64,000 bases of DNA from Candidatus Heimdallarchaeota archaeon (GTDB lineage: Archaea > Asgardarchaeota > Heimdallarchaeia > Hodarchaeales > Hodarchaeaceae). The stretch is from the NCBI GenBank assembly GCA_011364965.1, contig RDOB01000005.1, forward strand, positions 96,001-160,000. Reading direction: 5' to 3'. Numbering within the stretch: position 1 is the first letter of the stretch; each line of letters begins with the position of its first letter. Positions 1-10,606 of the stretch are shown here, in pieces. The notes under the pieces were generated by a model. The model was given only the letters and a program-made list of their open reading frames with translations. It had not been told where the DNA came from and did not search any database. The translations under genes and the position numbers were made by a program.

Positions 1-1
1 A

Positions 2-367
2 ATTAATCTTGTCCAGAAGGTTTTTGATAGTAAGAGTGTAGAGATTCCTCTGTGTATATCCATCGTATCGTCTGATGGATTAGAATTATTTTCAACAAAA
101 ACCTGCAATACAGAAGAGATGGAATCGATAAATATACTCGGGCTAATTGCATTTGAGGAGTTGAAATCCTCTTTCAATGCTCGTACGAATGAGGATATTA
201 ATATTTTGATATTTAGAACAAGTAATAAAGAGTGTTATGTCGCTCCTGTCTCAGAAAATATATTTATGGTAGCATCTGCCTCACCAGGTGCTGTAGGTGA
301 TGTTACACCGCTACTAGACGGACTGAGTGCTCAAGTGATGCACGAACTTACGAAATTGAATAAATGA
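2..367 (+). CDS. Roadblock/LC7-like protein, 5'-truncated by window edge
   Basis: Frame is open from position 2 (INLVQKVFDSKSVEIPLCISIVSSDGLELFS...) into the 119..367 ORF. The IVSSDGL motif and helix/strand pattern are typical of roadblock domains. Confidence 0.7.
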   Translation: MNLVQKVFDSKSVEIPLCISIVSSDGLELFSTKTCNTEEMESINILGLIAFEELKSSFNARTNEDINILIFRTSNKECYVAPVSENIFMVASASPGAVGDVTPLLDGLSAQVMHELTKLNK

Positions 368-377
368 GGTCAAAAAA

Positions 378-1196
378 ATGGAAGAACACTATAGAATTGT
401 AGCGGAACAAGCAGCTAAAATGGCTGGATCTTTTCTGAGACTAATGTCTTTTAAAGACCTTCAAGTTTTTCGAAAAGGTGACGATGATTTTGTAACTAAT
501 TTCGATATGGAATCTGAACGTTTAATTAAAAATCATATTCTCATGCATTTCCCAACGCATTTAATTCAATCCGAAGAGTCAGAAATAAAACTAGCGTCGA
601 TGCCTGAAGAAGTAATTTGGTATATAGATCCTTTAGATGGGACAAAAGCATTTTTAAGAGGAAATTTGGCTTTTGTTTCTATGTCTATTGCAGCTTGGGA
701 TAAGAATGGATTAGTCGCGGGTGTTGTTTACAATCCTTTTACTGATATGCTCTATTCTGCTGCAAGAAATGGTTCTGCTCGCTTGAATGGATCGAATCTA
801 TTCAAGCCTAAAACATACCCAATTCAGAAGGCTCGTCTTTTAATCGACTTTTCCGATAAAATCCCAAAGAAACTCCAATACAAATTAGCAACAGCTGATA
901 TTTCTGGTCGAATTGGACGATCCTACCGTTTAGGAGGAGGTATTTCTCAGCATTTGATGCTCATAGCCCAAGGAACACTTCATGGCGGGTTATTCTGGGG
1001 TGCAGGATATAAAGGGCAATTTTGGGATATTGCTGCAGCAAATTTAATCATTAAGCGATTGGGTTTGGAATTTACGAACCTTGATGGGGATAAGGTTCAT
1101 CCAAGTGACGAAATTTTTGATCAACTAGTTATTGCCTGCAATCCACTTCATAGTGAGATTCTAGAGTGGGTTAAAGATCTGAAAAGTGAAGATTAA
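378..1196 (+). CDS. Inositol monophosphatase family protein
   Basis: DFVTxxD, SEE, WYIDPLDGT and WDIAAA motifs. Confidence 0.92.
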   Translation: MEEHYRIVAEQAAKMAGSFLRLMSFKDLQVFRKGDDDFVTNFDMESERLIKNHILMHFPTHLIQSEESEIKLASMPEEVIWYIDPLDGTKAFLRGNLAFVSMSIAAWDKNGLVAGVVYNPFTDMLYSAARNGSARLNGSNLFKPKTYPIQKARLLIDFSDKIPKKLQYKLATADISGRIGRSYRLGGGISQHLMLIAQGTLHGGLFWGAGYKGQFWDIAAANLIIKRLGLEFTNLDGDKVHPSDEIFDQLVIACNPLHSEILEWVKDLKSED

Positions 1197-1210
1197 TGGA
1201 TAATAATAGA

Positions 1211-1963
1211 TTATTCTAAATCCCCCAGAAACCTTAACCTTTGTCTGTGTTGTCCATCTACAACATATTCATAAAGTACGAAGTCACCAGAGCGAACTAG
1301 TTTATCGAAAATCCTTTCACGAAGTTTTTCACCCAATTTAAAATACTCTCCAAATTCCCACCAGTCTAATTGTAAGGAGGTTCCAGTTATTGGATCTCTA
1401 GAATTCTTGAATTCGTTTCGGATCCATTCTTCTATATAAACAAGCAAATCTTTTTCTCTTTTCAGAGTATTTTGAATTACTTCAGCTTGTCTGAACGTAA
1501 TGTTTGGATAACGTTTATTTAACAGGTCTATTATTGTATCAGGGTCAATTTCTTCTCCAAAATTAGCATTTATCCTTTTATTTTGATTTTTAAGCTCTGG
1601 TTTATTGTACAGAGCCGAGATAGCGTTGAATAAGGTTAGAATATAATCTTCAGGAAGAAAACCGATCTCATTCATGTCGATTTTTACCAGTATCTTTTGA
1701 TGAGTTATATTCCAGTGCTTTACCTCTCTTCCTCCTGATTCCATTCGTTCCATGGTAAATTCTGCTAATCCTAATTCTTCGAGACTTTTTAGATGATGAA
1801 GAATCGTAGGTATCTTCTTCCGTAATTTGTCCGCTAATTGAGAGGCTGTTAATCCTTTTGGAGCATTCTGTTGGATGAGAAGAAGTATTTTTCTTCGAGT
1901 AGGATCTGCCAAAGCTTCTATAACTTGAATTCCATTGGCAGATTTATCAATATACTCTTCCAT
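1211..1963 (-). CDS. ArsR/SmtB-type winged-helix regulator with C-terminal extension
   Basis: ALADPTRRKILLLI...TASQLA...TILHHLKSLEELGL. ATG at 1963 preferred over TTG 1978. Confidence 0.8.
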   Translation of the reverse strand: MEEYIDKSANGIQVIEALADPTRRKILLLIQQNAPKGLTASQLADKLRKKIPTILHHLKSLEELGLAEFTMERMESGGREVKHWNITHQKILVKIDMNEIGFLPEDYILTLFNAISALYNKPELKNQNKRINANFGEEIDPDTIIDLLNKRYPNITFRQAEVIQNTLKREKDLLVYIEEWIRNEFKNSRDPITGTSLQLDWWEFGEYFKLGEKLRERIFDKLVRSGDFVLYEYVVDGQHRQRLRFLGDLE

Positions 1964-2175
1964 CACTTTTCGCTCCAATTACTCTGACGTCTCTCTCTTT
2001 TATATACTTCAAGTTCATGGCATCTAATAATGATTTAAATGCGAGTATATAAAGAATATAAGGTAATAATCCATTTATTACCATTCTTACCAACCTGGGT
2101 TCTTTATTCTTAAACTTTAAACTTTCAATACTGACAAAAAGACAGATCAAGTATATTTTTATTAATATGGAACAA

Positions 2176-2439
2176 TTACAGATTTTTAATATTTTTCCTT
2201 GCTCTTTCTACAATTATAATTCCAAAAAGCGACAGGGTTCCACTAAGAAGAAGTAAGAATCCCAAGATAAAACCCTTTCCAAAATAGAATATGGAGCTTC
2301 CCTTTGAGGCGGTAAAGATGCTAAATACTATTATAATTCCAATTAAAGATGCAGTAATTGAAATGAGGGTTAATATAAGAAGTATGGCTTTAGATGGTTC
2401 TACATGAAATTCATCTGGGAAGTCTTTTAAATCTGACAA
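2176..2439 (-). CDS. Small two-TM membrane protein
   Basis: Two hydrophobic helices; GAGGAG RBS upstream of the TTG start. Confidence 0.65.
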   Translation of the reverse strand: MSDLKDFPDEFHVEPSKAILLILTLISITASLIGIIIVFSIFTASKGSSIFYFGKGFILGFLLLLSGTLSLFGIIIVERARKNIKNL

Positions 2440-2961
2440 TAATATACTCCTCTAATTCTTGGAAATACGACATCCATATTATGAATAGTCTAAACTACAG
2501 AATTATCATAAGGATTTTGTGCCATAGAATTTGGATTATTATCGATTTATTAAGCTAGGAATCGAAAGGTGAAAGAAAATGAGAGACTATGTTCCTAAAG
2601 TGTAATTCTGGTCTTTTTGCTGAGATTGCATTGAAATATCCAAAATTTTCAAATAAAGAGGAATTTCTACAGTGTATTCATCTTAATGAGAGATTATGAA
2701 GGAATTAACTGCTTATTAGCTTTAATCAATGCACACTTTTGACCAGTAATTTTAATTATCGTTTGAATACAATTACACGTGATAATGTATGTTTAATCAT
2801 TGAGTATCCTGTAATACATGATTAGAGAGGGAATCTGATACAAAGATTCGAAATTAGGTCAACTTTTCATCAAATTCCCTAAAATCTGAACAAGAAAATT
2901 AATTCTATTTCTGATGTGAAACTTTAAGAAGAGAATGATCCATTTCATCTAAAAATGATGT

Positions 2962-3813
2962 ATGGTGAGACATTTGGTAGCTAATAAGGTGATTGTCGCT
3001 GCTTATGCTCATCCTGATGATGGTGAGTTTCTAGCTGCAGGAACACTTGCACGTTGTGTAGAAGAGGGAAATGAAGTATATGCAATTTGCGTAACGAATG
3101 GGGATCTGGGAGCAAAAACTTTGAGTAAATCGTCTAAAGAATTAGCTCAAGTTCGACAGAATGAGTTAATAGAGGCAATGAAAGTCATTGGGGGGCATCC
3201 TCCAATATTTCTAAATTGTCCTGATGGTTTTGTACGAGATCACTTAGAAGAACTTAAAGAGAGGCTTGTATATTGGTTTCGAAAATTAAAAGCAGAACTA
3301 GTTATAACATTTGATCCGTGGAAGATGTATGAAATTCATCCAGACCATATAGAAGTAGGTAGGATGGCATCAGAAGCTGCCTGTTTTGCTTGTTTTCCTT
3401 TGTTATACCCTAACCATATGAAAGAAGGTCTAGAGCCACATCAACCAGCGGAGGTTTGGTATATGTCTCCTTTTGAACATAAAGCTAACAGATTAGTTAA
3501 TATTTCCACAACCATGCGAAAAAAGATTGAAGCAGTTCTCTGTCATCAATCGCAAGTTGAGATGCTTGCAGATATGTTTATTCCAAGTGCAGATCCTCGA
3601 TCATTATCTTCTGAAGATAAAAGTCAACTTAAAGAGGCCACAGAAAATTTCTTATTAATGATTGCTCAAGGAATGGGATCTTTGTCAAATGGGAAGGTTG
3701 AACTTGCAGAAGCATTCTATGCAATTAAGGTAGGACCAGGTCATTTTGATAATTATCAAGAAATGCTTCAAGAGGCAATTGGAATACCAATAGACGAATT
3801 AGAAATAATTTAG
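2962..3813 (+). CDS. PIG-L/LmbE family deacetylase
   Basis: AHPDD, TNGD, HPDH and HQSQ motifs. Confidence 0.92.
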   Translation: MVRHLVANKVIVAAYAHPDDGEFLAAGTLARCVEEGNEVYAICVTNGDLGAKTLSKSSKELAQVRQNELIEAMKVIGGHPPIFLNCPDGFVRDHLEELKERLVYWFRKLKAELVITFDPWKMYEIHPDHIEVGRMASEAACFACFPLLYPNHMKEGLEPHQPAEVWYMSPFEHKANRLVNISTTMRKKIEAVLCHQSQVEMLADMFIPSADPRSLSSEDKSQLKEATENFLLMIAQGMGSLSNGKVELAEAFYAIKVGPGHFDNYQEMLQEAIGIPIDELEII

Positions 3814-4796
3814 ATCTGAAGTCTCTTAGTTGGAACTAATTTTATGATCTTATCAATTTGAGATTCAAGTTGGAAAAGTTCTTGTTTTCCTTTTAATTCG
3901 ATCTTAGGAGAGAAATCAAGAAGAAATTCAGGTTTTTCTTCACTTAGAATAACTAATGATCCGCTACTTCCTCCTAGTTTTACTCCAAGCACTCCATGTT
4001 GATCACAATAATTAAGCATTTCTTGGTCCATCTTTCTTTCCAATAAAACCTCAGGAGATGGATTTCCATAATAACCATATTGAGTTGTTAGTTTTTGGTT
4101 TTTATTGATCAATTCCGCCATCAAATTGATATCATTGTCAATTATTGCACGTTTACCTTGTATACCACAGTCAATTAATGATTTAATTATACTTTGGAGA
4201 GAAAAATCATTGGGATAAGCCACATATGGATATTTATGAACATCTCCACTCGAAATATTTTTACTCCTGATTCCAACCCAGAATGGAAAGTTATTCAGTG
4301 ACAATTCCTCCAAAACATAGCTATTATAATCTTTTGAGGTGAAATCCATATACATAACACCTCCTATTGTTATAATAAACCTATCTGAAGGGCCTGCTAT
4401 AATTCCAATGACATCTCGTTCAATTTTTGTGGAATAATGCGCAAGTTGTCTTTTTTCAAGTTTAAGATCAAATAATTCATCCAATCCAAGTAGTAAATTA
4501 ATTATAATAGCTGAAGATCCAGCTAATCCCCCTTGCTTGGGTATATTGGATTCGAAATTAATTTCAAATTCTTTAACATCATATCCTTGATTCTTTAGAA
4601 ACTTGAGTGAATTAAATATCAACGAATCTAATTTAATATCTTCAGAATTATTAATGGTAAATTTAAACTTATTTGTTTCTTTGATTTTTCCATCTACATA
4701 AAGATCTTTTAGGGTTGAAGATATAACAACTCCAAAATAAATATCAGAAGGATTTCCAAGAATTCCTACACGTCCATGAGTTCGATGTTTTATCAT
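3810..4796 (-). CDS. GHMP kinase, glucuronokinase-like
   Basis: GHMP motif II IPKQGGLAGSSA; N-terminal RVGILGNPSDIYFG; GIIAGPSDR, MDF and SSGDVH recall plant glucuronokinase. Confidence 0.8.
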   Translation of the reverse strand: MIKHRTHGRVGILGNPSDIYFGVVISSTLKDLYVDGKIKETNKFKFTINNSEDIKLDSLIFNSLKFLKNQGYDVKEFEINFESNIPKQGGLAGSSAIIINLLLGLDELFDLKLEKRQLAHYSTKIERDVIGIIAGPSDRFIITIGGVMYMDFTSKDYNSYVLEELSLNNFPFWVGIRSKNISSGDVHKYPYVAYPNDFSLQSIIKSLIDCGIQGKRAIIDNDINLMAELINKNQKLTTQYGYYGNPSPEVLLERKMDQEMLNYCDQHGVLGVKLGGSSGSLVILSEEKPEFLLDFSPKIELKGKQELFQLESQIDKIIKLVPTKRLQI

Positions 4797-7231
4797 TATG
4801 ACATCACATATGGAATTTTGAATGAAATTCTGAGTTTAGCTTTGTTTGAAGGCATAGTAAGATGAACATTTAGGGAATTCAGGGATTGAGAAAATATCCA
4901 CCCTTCTTGTTTAGTTTTCAACGATTCATCAACTTTAACAATATCTTTTTCTTCTAAAGTAACTTTGGTTGGCGCATTTTTAGCATAAAAAGTTAAAGTG
5001 ACTGTTTCTGTTGGAAGCGAATCGATTTCAATGACTAATTCTTCCCCAATCCAATTTACCTTTGGAAATTGTTTAGTGGAACACGTAATAAATTTCTCTG
5101 TATCTCCAATGAAAGCAACCTTTTCCCCATGAATCGGAGCTAGAATCCAGTAAGAAAAATCATTCTTACTTAATTGGGTTTTAATTGAAGTGTTGGATTC
5201 AAGAACATTTAATTTTCGGGTTTTGTAATCATAACCAACATAATTTTCATTAATACCGAGTTCTGATAATTTTATCGATTGATCCTTAATTTTACTCGGG
5301 TATAAGTTTATTGAACAGACATAATACCAGATTAAGTCCTTTTTCTGGGAAATAGTACTGATTATGTAATATTTTCTGTGAGGTTGGAACATCCTGTCAA
5401 TAGGAGTAGCAGGGCGGTCTGGTTTTAATAATAATCCATCTGAGCGACAAGTTTTCATTAATAACTCCCTATCTAAAAATTCAGCTTTGTCGGCTGGACC
5501 CACAATACCAGCACTGAGAATACTGATTAATGTAGATAATTCTGGATATTTTTCCTTATAAAAAAATCGTGTAGACTCTCTAGATGTGAGATAACAGTCA
5601 ATAAATGGCCATATTCCTAGTGCGTAAGATAGAATGCAAGTTTGGGTGAAATTAGGGATATAAAATGATTTCGGAAATCGCGCGTTGTAATCTTGAGAGC
5701 ATCGTATTTGCGTAACTGCTGGAAATTCCATTGCTTGAAGGAAGAAAGCTGGAGTGGGCATGCAATATTGAATGGTTACATCTTTCCTTGCTGCTGCAGT
5801 CGCCATATCTGAGAGCCACTTATATCCTGTGTCAGTGTTTTCTTGTAAGTATTTAAAATGTTCAAATTGATTTTTAAGCCAATCTTGTTCATAAGTAACA
5901 ATATTCCATTCCCTGCATTTTTTCATTATCATTTCCCAGAACTCTATGGAAGTTGGATGAGCCCAAAATTTCTCTATCCTATGTGGGAAATTTTCATGTC
6001 CAAAATGAAAATTTTTTTTAGCGAACCACCTGTTATGGGCGATTAAAGGTTTTTTTATCTCTTTTGAAAATTCTTCTAGACCCTGTGGAAAATTCTTTTC
6101 CAGAGGAGCCCATTCCATGTTCCCTCCAATGAATAATTTGATTATTCGGAACGGCATCCAACGATAAGCCTTTTTATACCACCAGCTATCGAGCTGGTAA
6201 TAACATATTGGTATCTTCTTCTTTTTCGCAATACTATCAATCATATTGAAAGTTTCATGGTAATTCAGATTTTTTTCTGTTCTATAGTAATAATAAGCTC
6301 CATTATCAGTCCAGAATCCTAAGTATGAGAGAATAGGATCAGTATAAGCAGATTTTCTTTCTGTTTTATAATATCTAAGTAAAATATCTCCCCATTGAAA
6401 AAAGGAGTTGTTAATTCCTTTTCCAAAAACTAAAATTGATTTATTGGAGAAAAATTTCGGAATAGTAGTAATTTTTCCCTCTATTCCAAATTCTATGAAC
6501 CCTTCTTTCTCTTTTATCACTCCAAGAAGAAAATTATTGAGGGAAGAGAGAATAATCGTATTCAAATCATTATCATAAAGCATAACAGGGCCAGTAGTAG
6601 GTTTTTCTAGTTTATCCGTTGGAGGAGCGAATAAATCATTTCTGAACGTAAATATTTTCCGATTAGGACTCCGATTTTCAAAACATGGGAATATACAACT
6701 AAGATCGTAAAAATTACCTGTTGAAACCTCATTGAATTCCTCTAGGAATTGCTGTTCGAAAAGAATGAATGAATTTTTTGTATATTCCTTAAATACAGTT
6801 TGTATTACTTTATTTTCGATCATCCAAGTTAATTTGGTAGCTTTATACTCACCTAAGATATCCTCTTGCATTGAATCCTCGATATTAGAAAGCTGAAGTG
6901 CTTTTTCACCTATTTTGGGATGAGACGAATATGTATTCCTTTTATATCTGATTTTTACAAGTCCTTCAGAAAGAGCTCTGTTCTCACCAAAATCAATGGA
7001 ATAAATCCCTGTGATCGGATTAATCGTTAACATGGGTTTTTCCTGAATAGAAATTACCTGATTTCCTTCCGCTTCGTCTTCAAGTAAGGAATTATATGTT
7101 GCATCATCTGCTTTAGCTCTCTGCTCTAAAAAAAAAGGAGCCAGAAAATATCCAATGATAGATATAATACCCAAAGTGATTATAGAGGTTAGAAGCACGA
7201 TTAGAATGAGGATTAATTCACTACCGATCAT
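4796..7231 (-). CDS. Membrane-anchored glycoside hydrolase, clan GH-D (GH36/Sip1-like)
   Basis: N-terminal TM helix; QLDSWW, YEQDW (candidate nucleophile), RCSQDY (candidate acid/base); LSAGIVGPAD...DGLLLKPDRPATP resembles the Sip1/raffinose synthase C-terminal motif. Confidence 0.65.
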   Translation of the reverse strand: MIGSELILILIVLLTSIITLGIISIIGYFLAPFFLEQRAKADDATYNSLLEDEAEGNQVISIQEKPMLTINPITGIYSIDFGENRALSEGLVKIRYKRNTYSSHPKIGEKALQLSNIEDSMQEDILGEYKATKLTWMIENKVIQTVFKEYTKNSFILFEQQFLEEFNEVSTGNFYDLSCIFPCFENRSPNRKIFTFRNDLFAPPTDKLEKPTTGPVMLYDNDLNTIILSSLNNFLLGVIKEKEGFIEFGIEGKITTIPKFFSNKSILVFGKGINNSFFQWGDILLRYYKTERKSAYTDPILSYLGFWTDNGAYYYYRTEKNLNYHETFNMIDSIAKKKKIPICYYQLDSWWYKKAYRWMPFRIIKLFIGGNMEWAPLEKNFPQGLEEFSKEIKKPLIAHNRWFAKKNFHFGHENFPHRIEKFWAHPTSIEFWEMIMKKCREWNIVTYEQDWLKNQFEHFKYLQENTDTGYKWLSDMATAAARKDVTIQYCMPTPAFFLQAMEFPAVTQIRCSQDYNARFPKSFYIPNFTQTCILSYALGIWPFIDCYLTSRESTRFFYKEKYPELSTLISILSAGIVGPADKAEFLDRELLMKTCRSDGLLLKPDRPATPIDRMFQPHRKYYIISTISQKKDLIWYYVCSINLYPSKIKDQSIKLSELGINENYVGYDYKTRKLNVLESNTSIKTQLSKNDFSYWILAPIHGEKVAFIGDTEKFITCSTKQFPKVNWIGEELVIEIDSLPTETVTLTFYAKNAPTKVTLEEKDIVKVDESLKTKQEGWIFSQSLNSLNVHLTMPSNKAKLRISFKIPYVMS

Positions 7232-7419
7232 TCACTCAACTCTTCTTTTCATTAAGGTTAATGCTTACATCAAATTGATTACTTTTTCTCACTTTTTTCA
7301 AAGGATAATTAAAGCCTTAATTTTCAATTTTCAATTCTATACTGATATTATCCTAATGATATACGGGTTTTAGTATAACGTGATGATGTGTAAAATATCA
7401 CAGATTTGAGGGATATATA

Positions 7420-7683
7420 GTGACTGTACGAATTCAAACAAACCCCATGTCAACTCAAATGGTAAATCAATTTCAAGTTAGAAATTTTACAGATGAAAGG
7501 ATCGATGAAGAAGAACTTGCATGCTTAGTGCAGTTTTTAGCTTCTCTAGATATATGCAAATCATGTATCTCACAGATCCCTAAAATACAATCGCAATTTG
7601 GATCCGACCTTAGTTTCTCAATTGACTTTGAGAATCGTATTTTGGATATCAAATACGGTACGGGTTCTGTATGCGGATGGTGA
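7420..7683 (+). CDS. Hypothetical small protein with CxxC
   Basis: Non-overlapping ORF containing CKSC; start uncertain. Confidence 0.5.
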   Translation: MTVRIQTNPMSTQMVNQFQVRNFTDERIDEEELACLVQFLASLDICKSCISQIPKIQSQFGSDLSFSIDFENRILDIKYGTGSVCGW

Positions 7684-7849
7684 AGTTTTTCTTAAATAAA
7701 TTAGGTATCTAAAGTTGCACTAGAGTTCTCTCTTAGAAAAAGATAACTTCCATATTTTTCTTTCCCATTATTGAGTAATCCACGAAGAATAATCATATGG
7801 TAAGATAAAATACTATATATTTAATTCTTTTTTTTTAGTATTCAAGACT

Positions 7850-8551
7850 ATGCCCAAGGAAAAAATCAAGCGGAGTATTGATAGAGAACACCATACATAC
7901 ACAGAGGGTGAAAGGAGAATATTTTTGCAATTAAGAGAGCGTTCAATGGAACTTTTGGAAACATTGCAAAAAATAGGATATAAAGCCTTTATTCATGGTT
8001 CCGTTGCTAGGGGAGATGTTACTGAAAGCTCCGATATTGATATTCATATACCCATTCAGATTCCGAGCTTTAAATTAGATATTTTGCATGAATTCAACAA
8101 TTCTAAAAGACGAATACTTGTCGGTACTCCAAATTCAGTAATAAAGGGGTGGATTGAACGCGATGACGGAGTTACTTTAACTTTTCCACTGAGTCGTCCC
8201 AAAGAACGTGAATTGGAGTTCTACATATTTTCTGGGCATCTTTATTTATCAGGATTACAGAAAAAAATCCGAATTGCAGGCGTTAATAAAAATTTATTAC
8301 TAATCGAACCTACGGAGAATGGTTTTTGGGCATCTTCCATAATAGAGAACCCTGAACGAGTGATACAAGTGTTAAAAATCTCTCAGAGAATTGTTGACGA
8401 GCGAATTCGTGTACTTACACGTCGTGATGCAATAGGTAGGACTGGAATAGTACTAGACTATACACTTAATCCTGAAGAAAATTTTGAGCAAGCATTAAGG
8501 TACATTGCAGATAGAAACCGGATTATAAGGAAAATCATTCAATCACAATAA
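7850..8551 (+). CDS. Archaeal-type predicted nucleotidyltransferase (Pol beta superfamily)
   Basis: HGSVARGDVTESSDIDI; C-terminal ERIRVLTRRDAIGRTG. Confidence 0.85.
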   Translation: MPKEKIKRSIDREHHTYTEGERRIFLQLRERSMELLETLQKIGYKAFIHGSVARGDVTESSDIDIHIPIQIPSFKLDILHEFNNSKRRILVGTPNSVIKGWIERDDGVTLTFPLSRPKERELEFYIFSGHLYLSGLQKKIRIAGVNKNLLLIEPTENGFWASSIIENPERVIQVLKISQRIVDERIRVLTRRDAIGRTGIVLDYTLNPEENFEQALRYIADRNRIIRKIIQSQ

Positions 8552-8665
8552 CTACCTTGAATCCCATTTTTGCCTAAACATAATCATACATATACTAGAC
8601 TGTAAATAATTTCCAGTACCATATTATAGCTCATAATTCTACCTGAAAAGGAGTTAAATCAAAAA

Positions 8666-10564
8666 ATGAGTAATATCGCTAGTTCAAAGTCAACAGATGA
8701 TCAATCAGTGTCCATATCAGTTGTGTTAATTGGAATAATATTAGGGTTAGTGATGAATTGGCTAGCACTTTACCTTAATATAGTACTTGGCCTATTATCA
8801 ATAGGAATTTCCAGCTTTGTAGTGTTATTATTTACAAGGATCGTATTGAGAGAAAGAGCAACTAAGAGAAATTTATCACTTGTCTCAATTGCATATGGCG
8901 CAACCTCCGCTGCTGAAGCTAGTGTTGGGCTCTTATTTTTGCTCTGGTTGTCAGAAAATGCCTCATCATTTAGTTTGGATTTCAATCCTCCAAGCTGGTT
9001 GCTACCAAGTTCTGAAATCATAGCTAATCGTCTTATATTTTCGGTGGAGTGGATAATACCCCTTCTCATTCATTATTTTTTGATGTTAATCCCTGGAATA
9101 TCTGGTTTAATTCTGGGGATTTATTTAGCACCCAAATTTCTCCATAATGATGAGGAATACCCTTTTCCTGGAACAATTCAGGCAGTTAAAACAGTAGAGG
9201 TTCTTGTAACGAATCAAAAATCCAAAGTACAATTATTTAAACGATTCCTATTTCTAGGTTTCATTATTGCTTTTGTTACATTATTAATTCCTGTAATTGA
9301 CTTTTCTCAAGTTAGTACAGGGATGATTTTTGGAATTATGCTTGGTACTATCGGGGTTACAATGTTTGCAGTTGGGATTGTTGTGAACAATCCAAAGATT
9401 ACCGTCCCCGCAGGAATAGCCTCAATTGCTTTTTATTCAATTTTAAGTCCAATGCTCATTGATATAGCTGATTTTCAAAGCAAAGTCGCGTTAGGGATTG
9501 TTTCCAACGATTTTTATGGTATTTATTCTTATCTACTTCAAAATACGTTTTTATCTTTCATAATTGGATTTCTACTATCAGCAGCATTACTAAATCCCAT
9601 TTTCTGGAGATTACTTAGGAATTTATATCATAAAATCAAACCAATCAAAAGCAAGAATTCAGATGCAGAGGCTTCTTTTAATCAGGTGGAATCAAAAGAG
9701 GTTGAAATAGATGTTTCACAGAATGAAAAAACTAACAGCCAACTCTCTCTTTTTCAAAAACTTATCTCAAAACTAAAAATAACTAAACGAGAATTAGTTC
9801 TCTCTGGTGTATATGTTGGAGTATTAGTAATTTCTACACTTTTCGTGGTCTTATTGGATATTCTACCTGGTGTTGAATTTGAAGTTGTTTTTCTGCTTTT
9901 AATTTGGATTTTATTACTTGCTTCAGTAATTCAGGGGTACATTACTGCCTCAACGATCGCAAAAAGCTCTACAGCTATTGGGCTCCCTTTTATTTTTGAT
10001 AATATACCAATTTTTCTGACTGGGGCTCGTGGATTACTTCCATATATAGCTACCCCAAAAGCGGAAATTGGGGAGACCATTCACATAATAACAACCTTAA
10101 AATTCGGACAACAAATGAGGATAAGACAGAAGCATACACTATCTGCGTTTCTCGCAGGTTATCTTGTTGCAGCACTTATTACACCGTTTTTTGCTCTTTT
10201 CTTATGGAATGCACTTGGAATTGGGACTGTAAATTTTCCAGCACCCGGATTTCCAATAACATTAGCAATGATCGGTCCTTTTGCCGCTGGAGCTATAGAA
10301 GTTTTCTTCAACATTGGGGAATTAATTTTAGGAGCTGGTGCAGCACTTTTCTTTCCTGGAATCGGTATTAGCATAGCTATTGGATTATTTCTTCCTCCTC
10401 ATATGGCTATCTGCCTTTCTTCGGGCGGAATTCTGGCCATATTTCTCCAGAAGCATTATGGTAAAGAATGGATGGATGATAAAGGGAAAATCATTGCTAC
10501 AGCCCTATCTGTTGGCGCAACTTTCACTGTGCCGCTTCTAATCCTAATTAACTTGATTTCATAA
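8666..10564 (+). CDS. OPT/YSL-like oligopeptide transporter
   Basis: Many TM helices; YPFPGT and FPAPG motifs. Confidence 0.65.
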   Translation: MSNIASSKSTDDQSVSISVVLIGIILGLVMNWLALYLNIVLGLLSIGISSFVVLLFTRIVLRERATKRNLSLVSIAYGATSAAEASVGLLFLLWLSENASSFSLDFNPPSWLLPSSEIIANRLIFSVEWIIPLLIHYFLMLIPGISGLILGIYLAPKFLHNDEEYPFPGTIQAVKTVEVLVTNQKSKVQLFKRFLFLGFIIAFVTLLIPVIDFSQVSTGMIFGIMLGTIGVTMFAVGIVVNNPKITVPAGIASIAFYSILSPMLIDIADFQSKVALGIVSNDFYGIYSYLLQNTFLSFIIGFLLSAALLNPIFWRLLRNLYHKIKPIKSKNSDAEASFNQVESKEVEIDVSQNEKTNSQLSLFQKLISKLKITKRELVLSGVYVGVLVISTLFVVLLDILPGVEFEVVFLLLIWILLLASVIQGYITASTIAKSSTAIGLPFIFDNIPIFLTGARGLLPYIATPKAEIGETIHIITTLKFGQQMRIRQKHTLSAFLAGYLVAALITPFFALFLWNALGIGTVNFPAPGFPITLAMIGPFAAGAIEVFFNIGELILGAGAALFFPGIGISIAIGLFLPPHMAICLSSGGILAIFLQKHYGKEWMDDKGKIIATALSVGATFTVPLLILINLIS

Positions 10565-10606
10565 CAAAATGTCAACCTTTAATAATCTTCTCACACCTAA
10601 TAGCGA

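Noticed and set aside
2560-2760. GGTGA RBS plus ATG followed by short broken frames
   Set aside because: May be a gene relic, but there is no identifiable homology.
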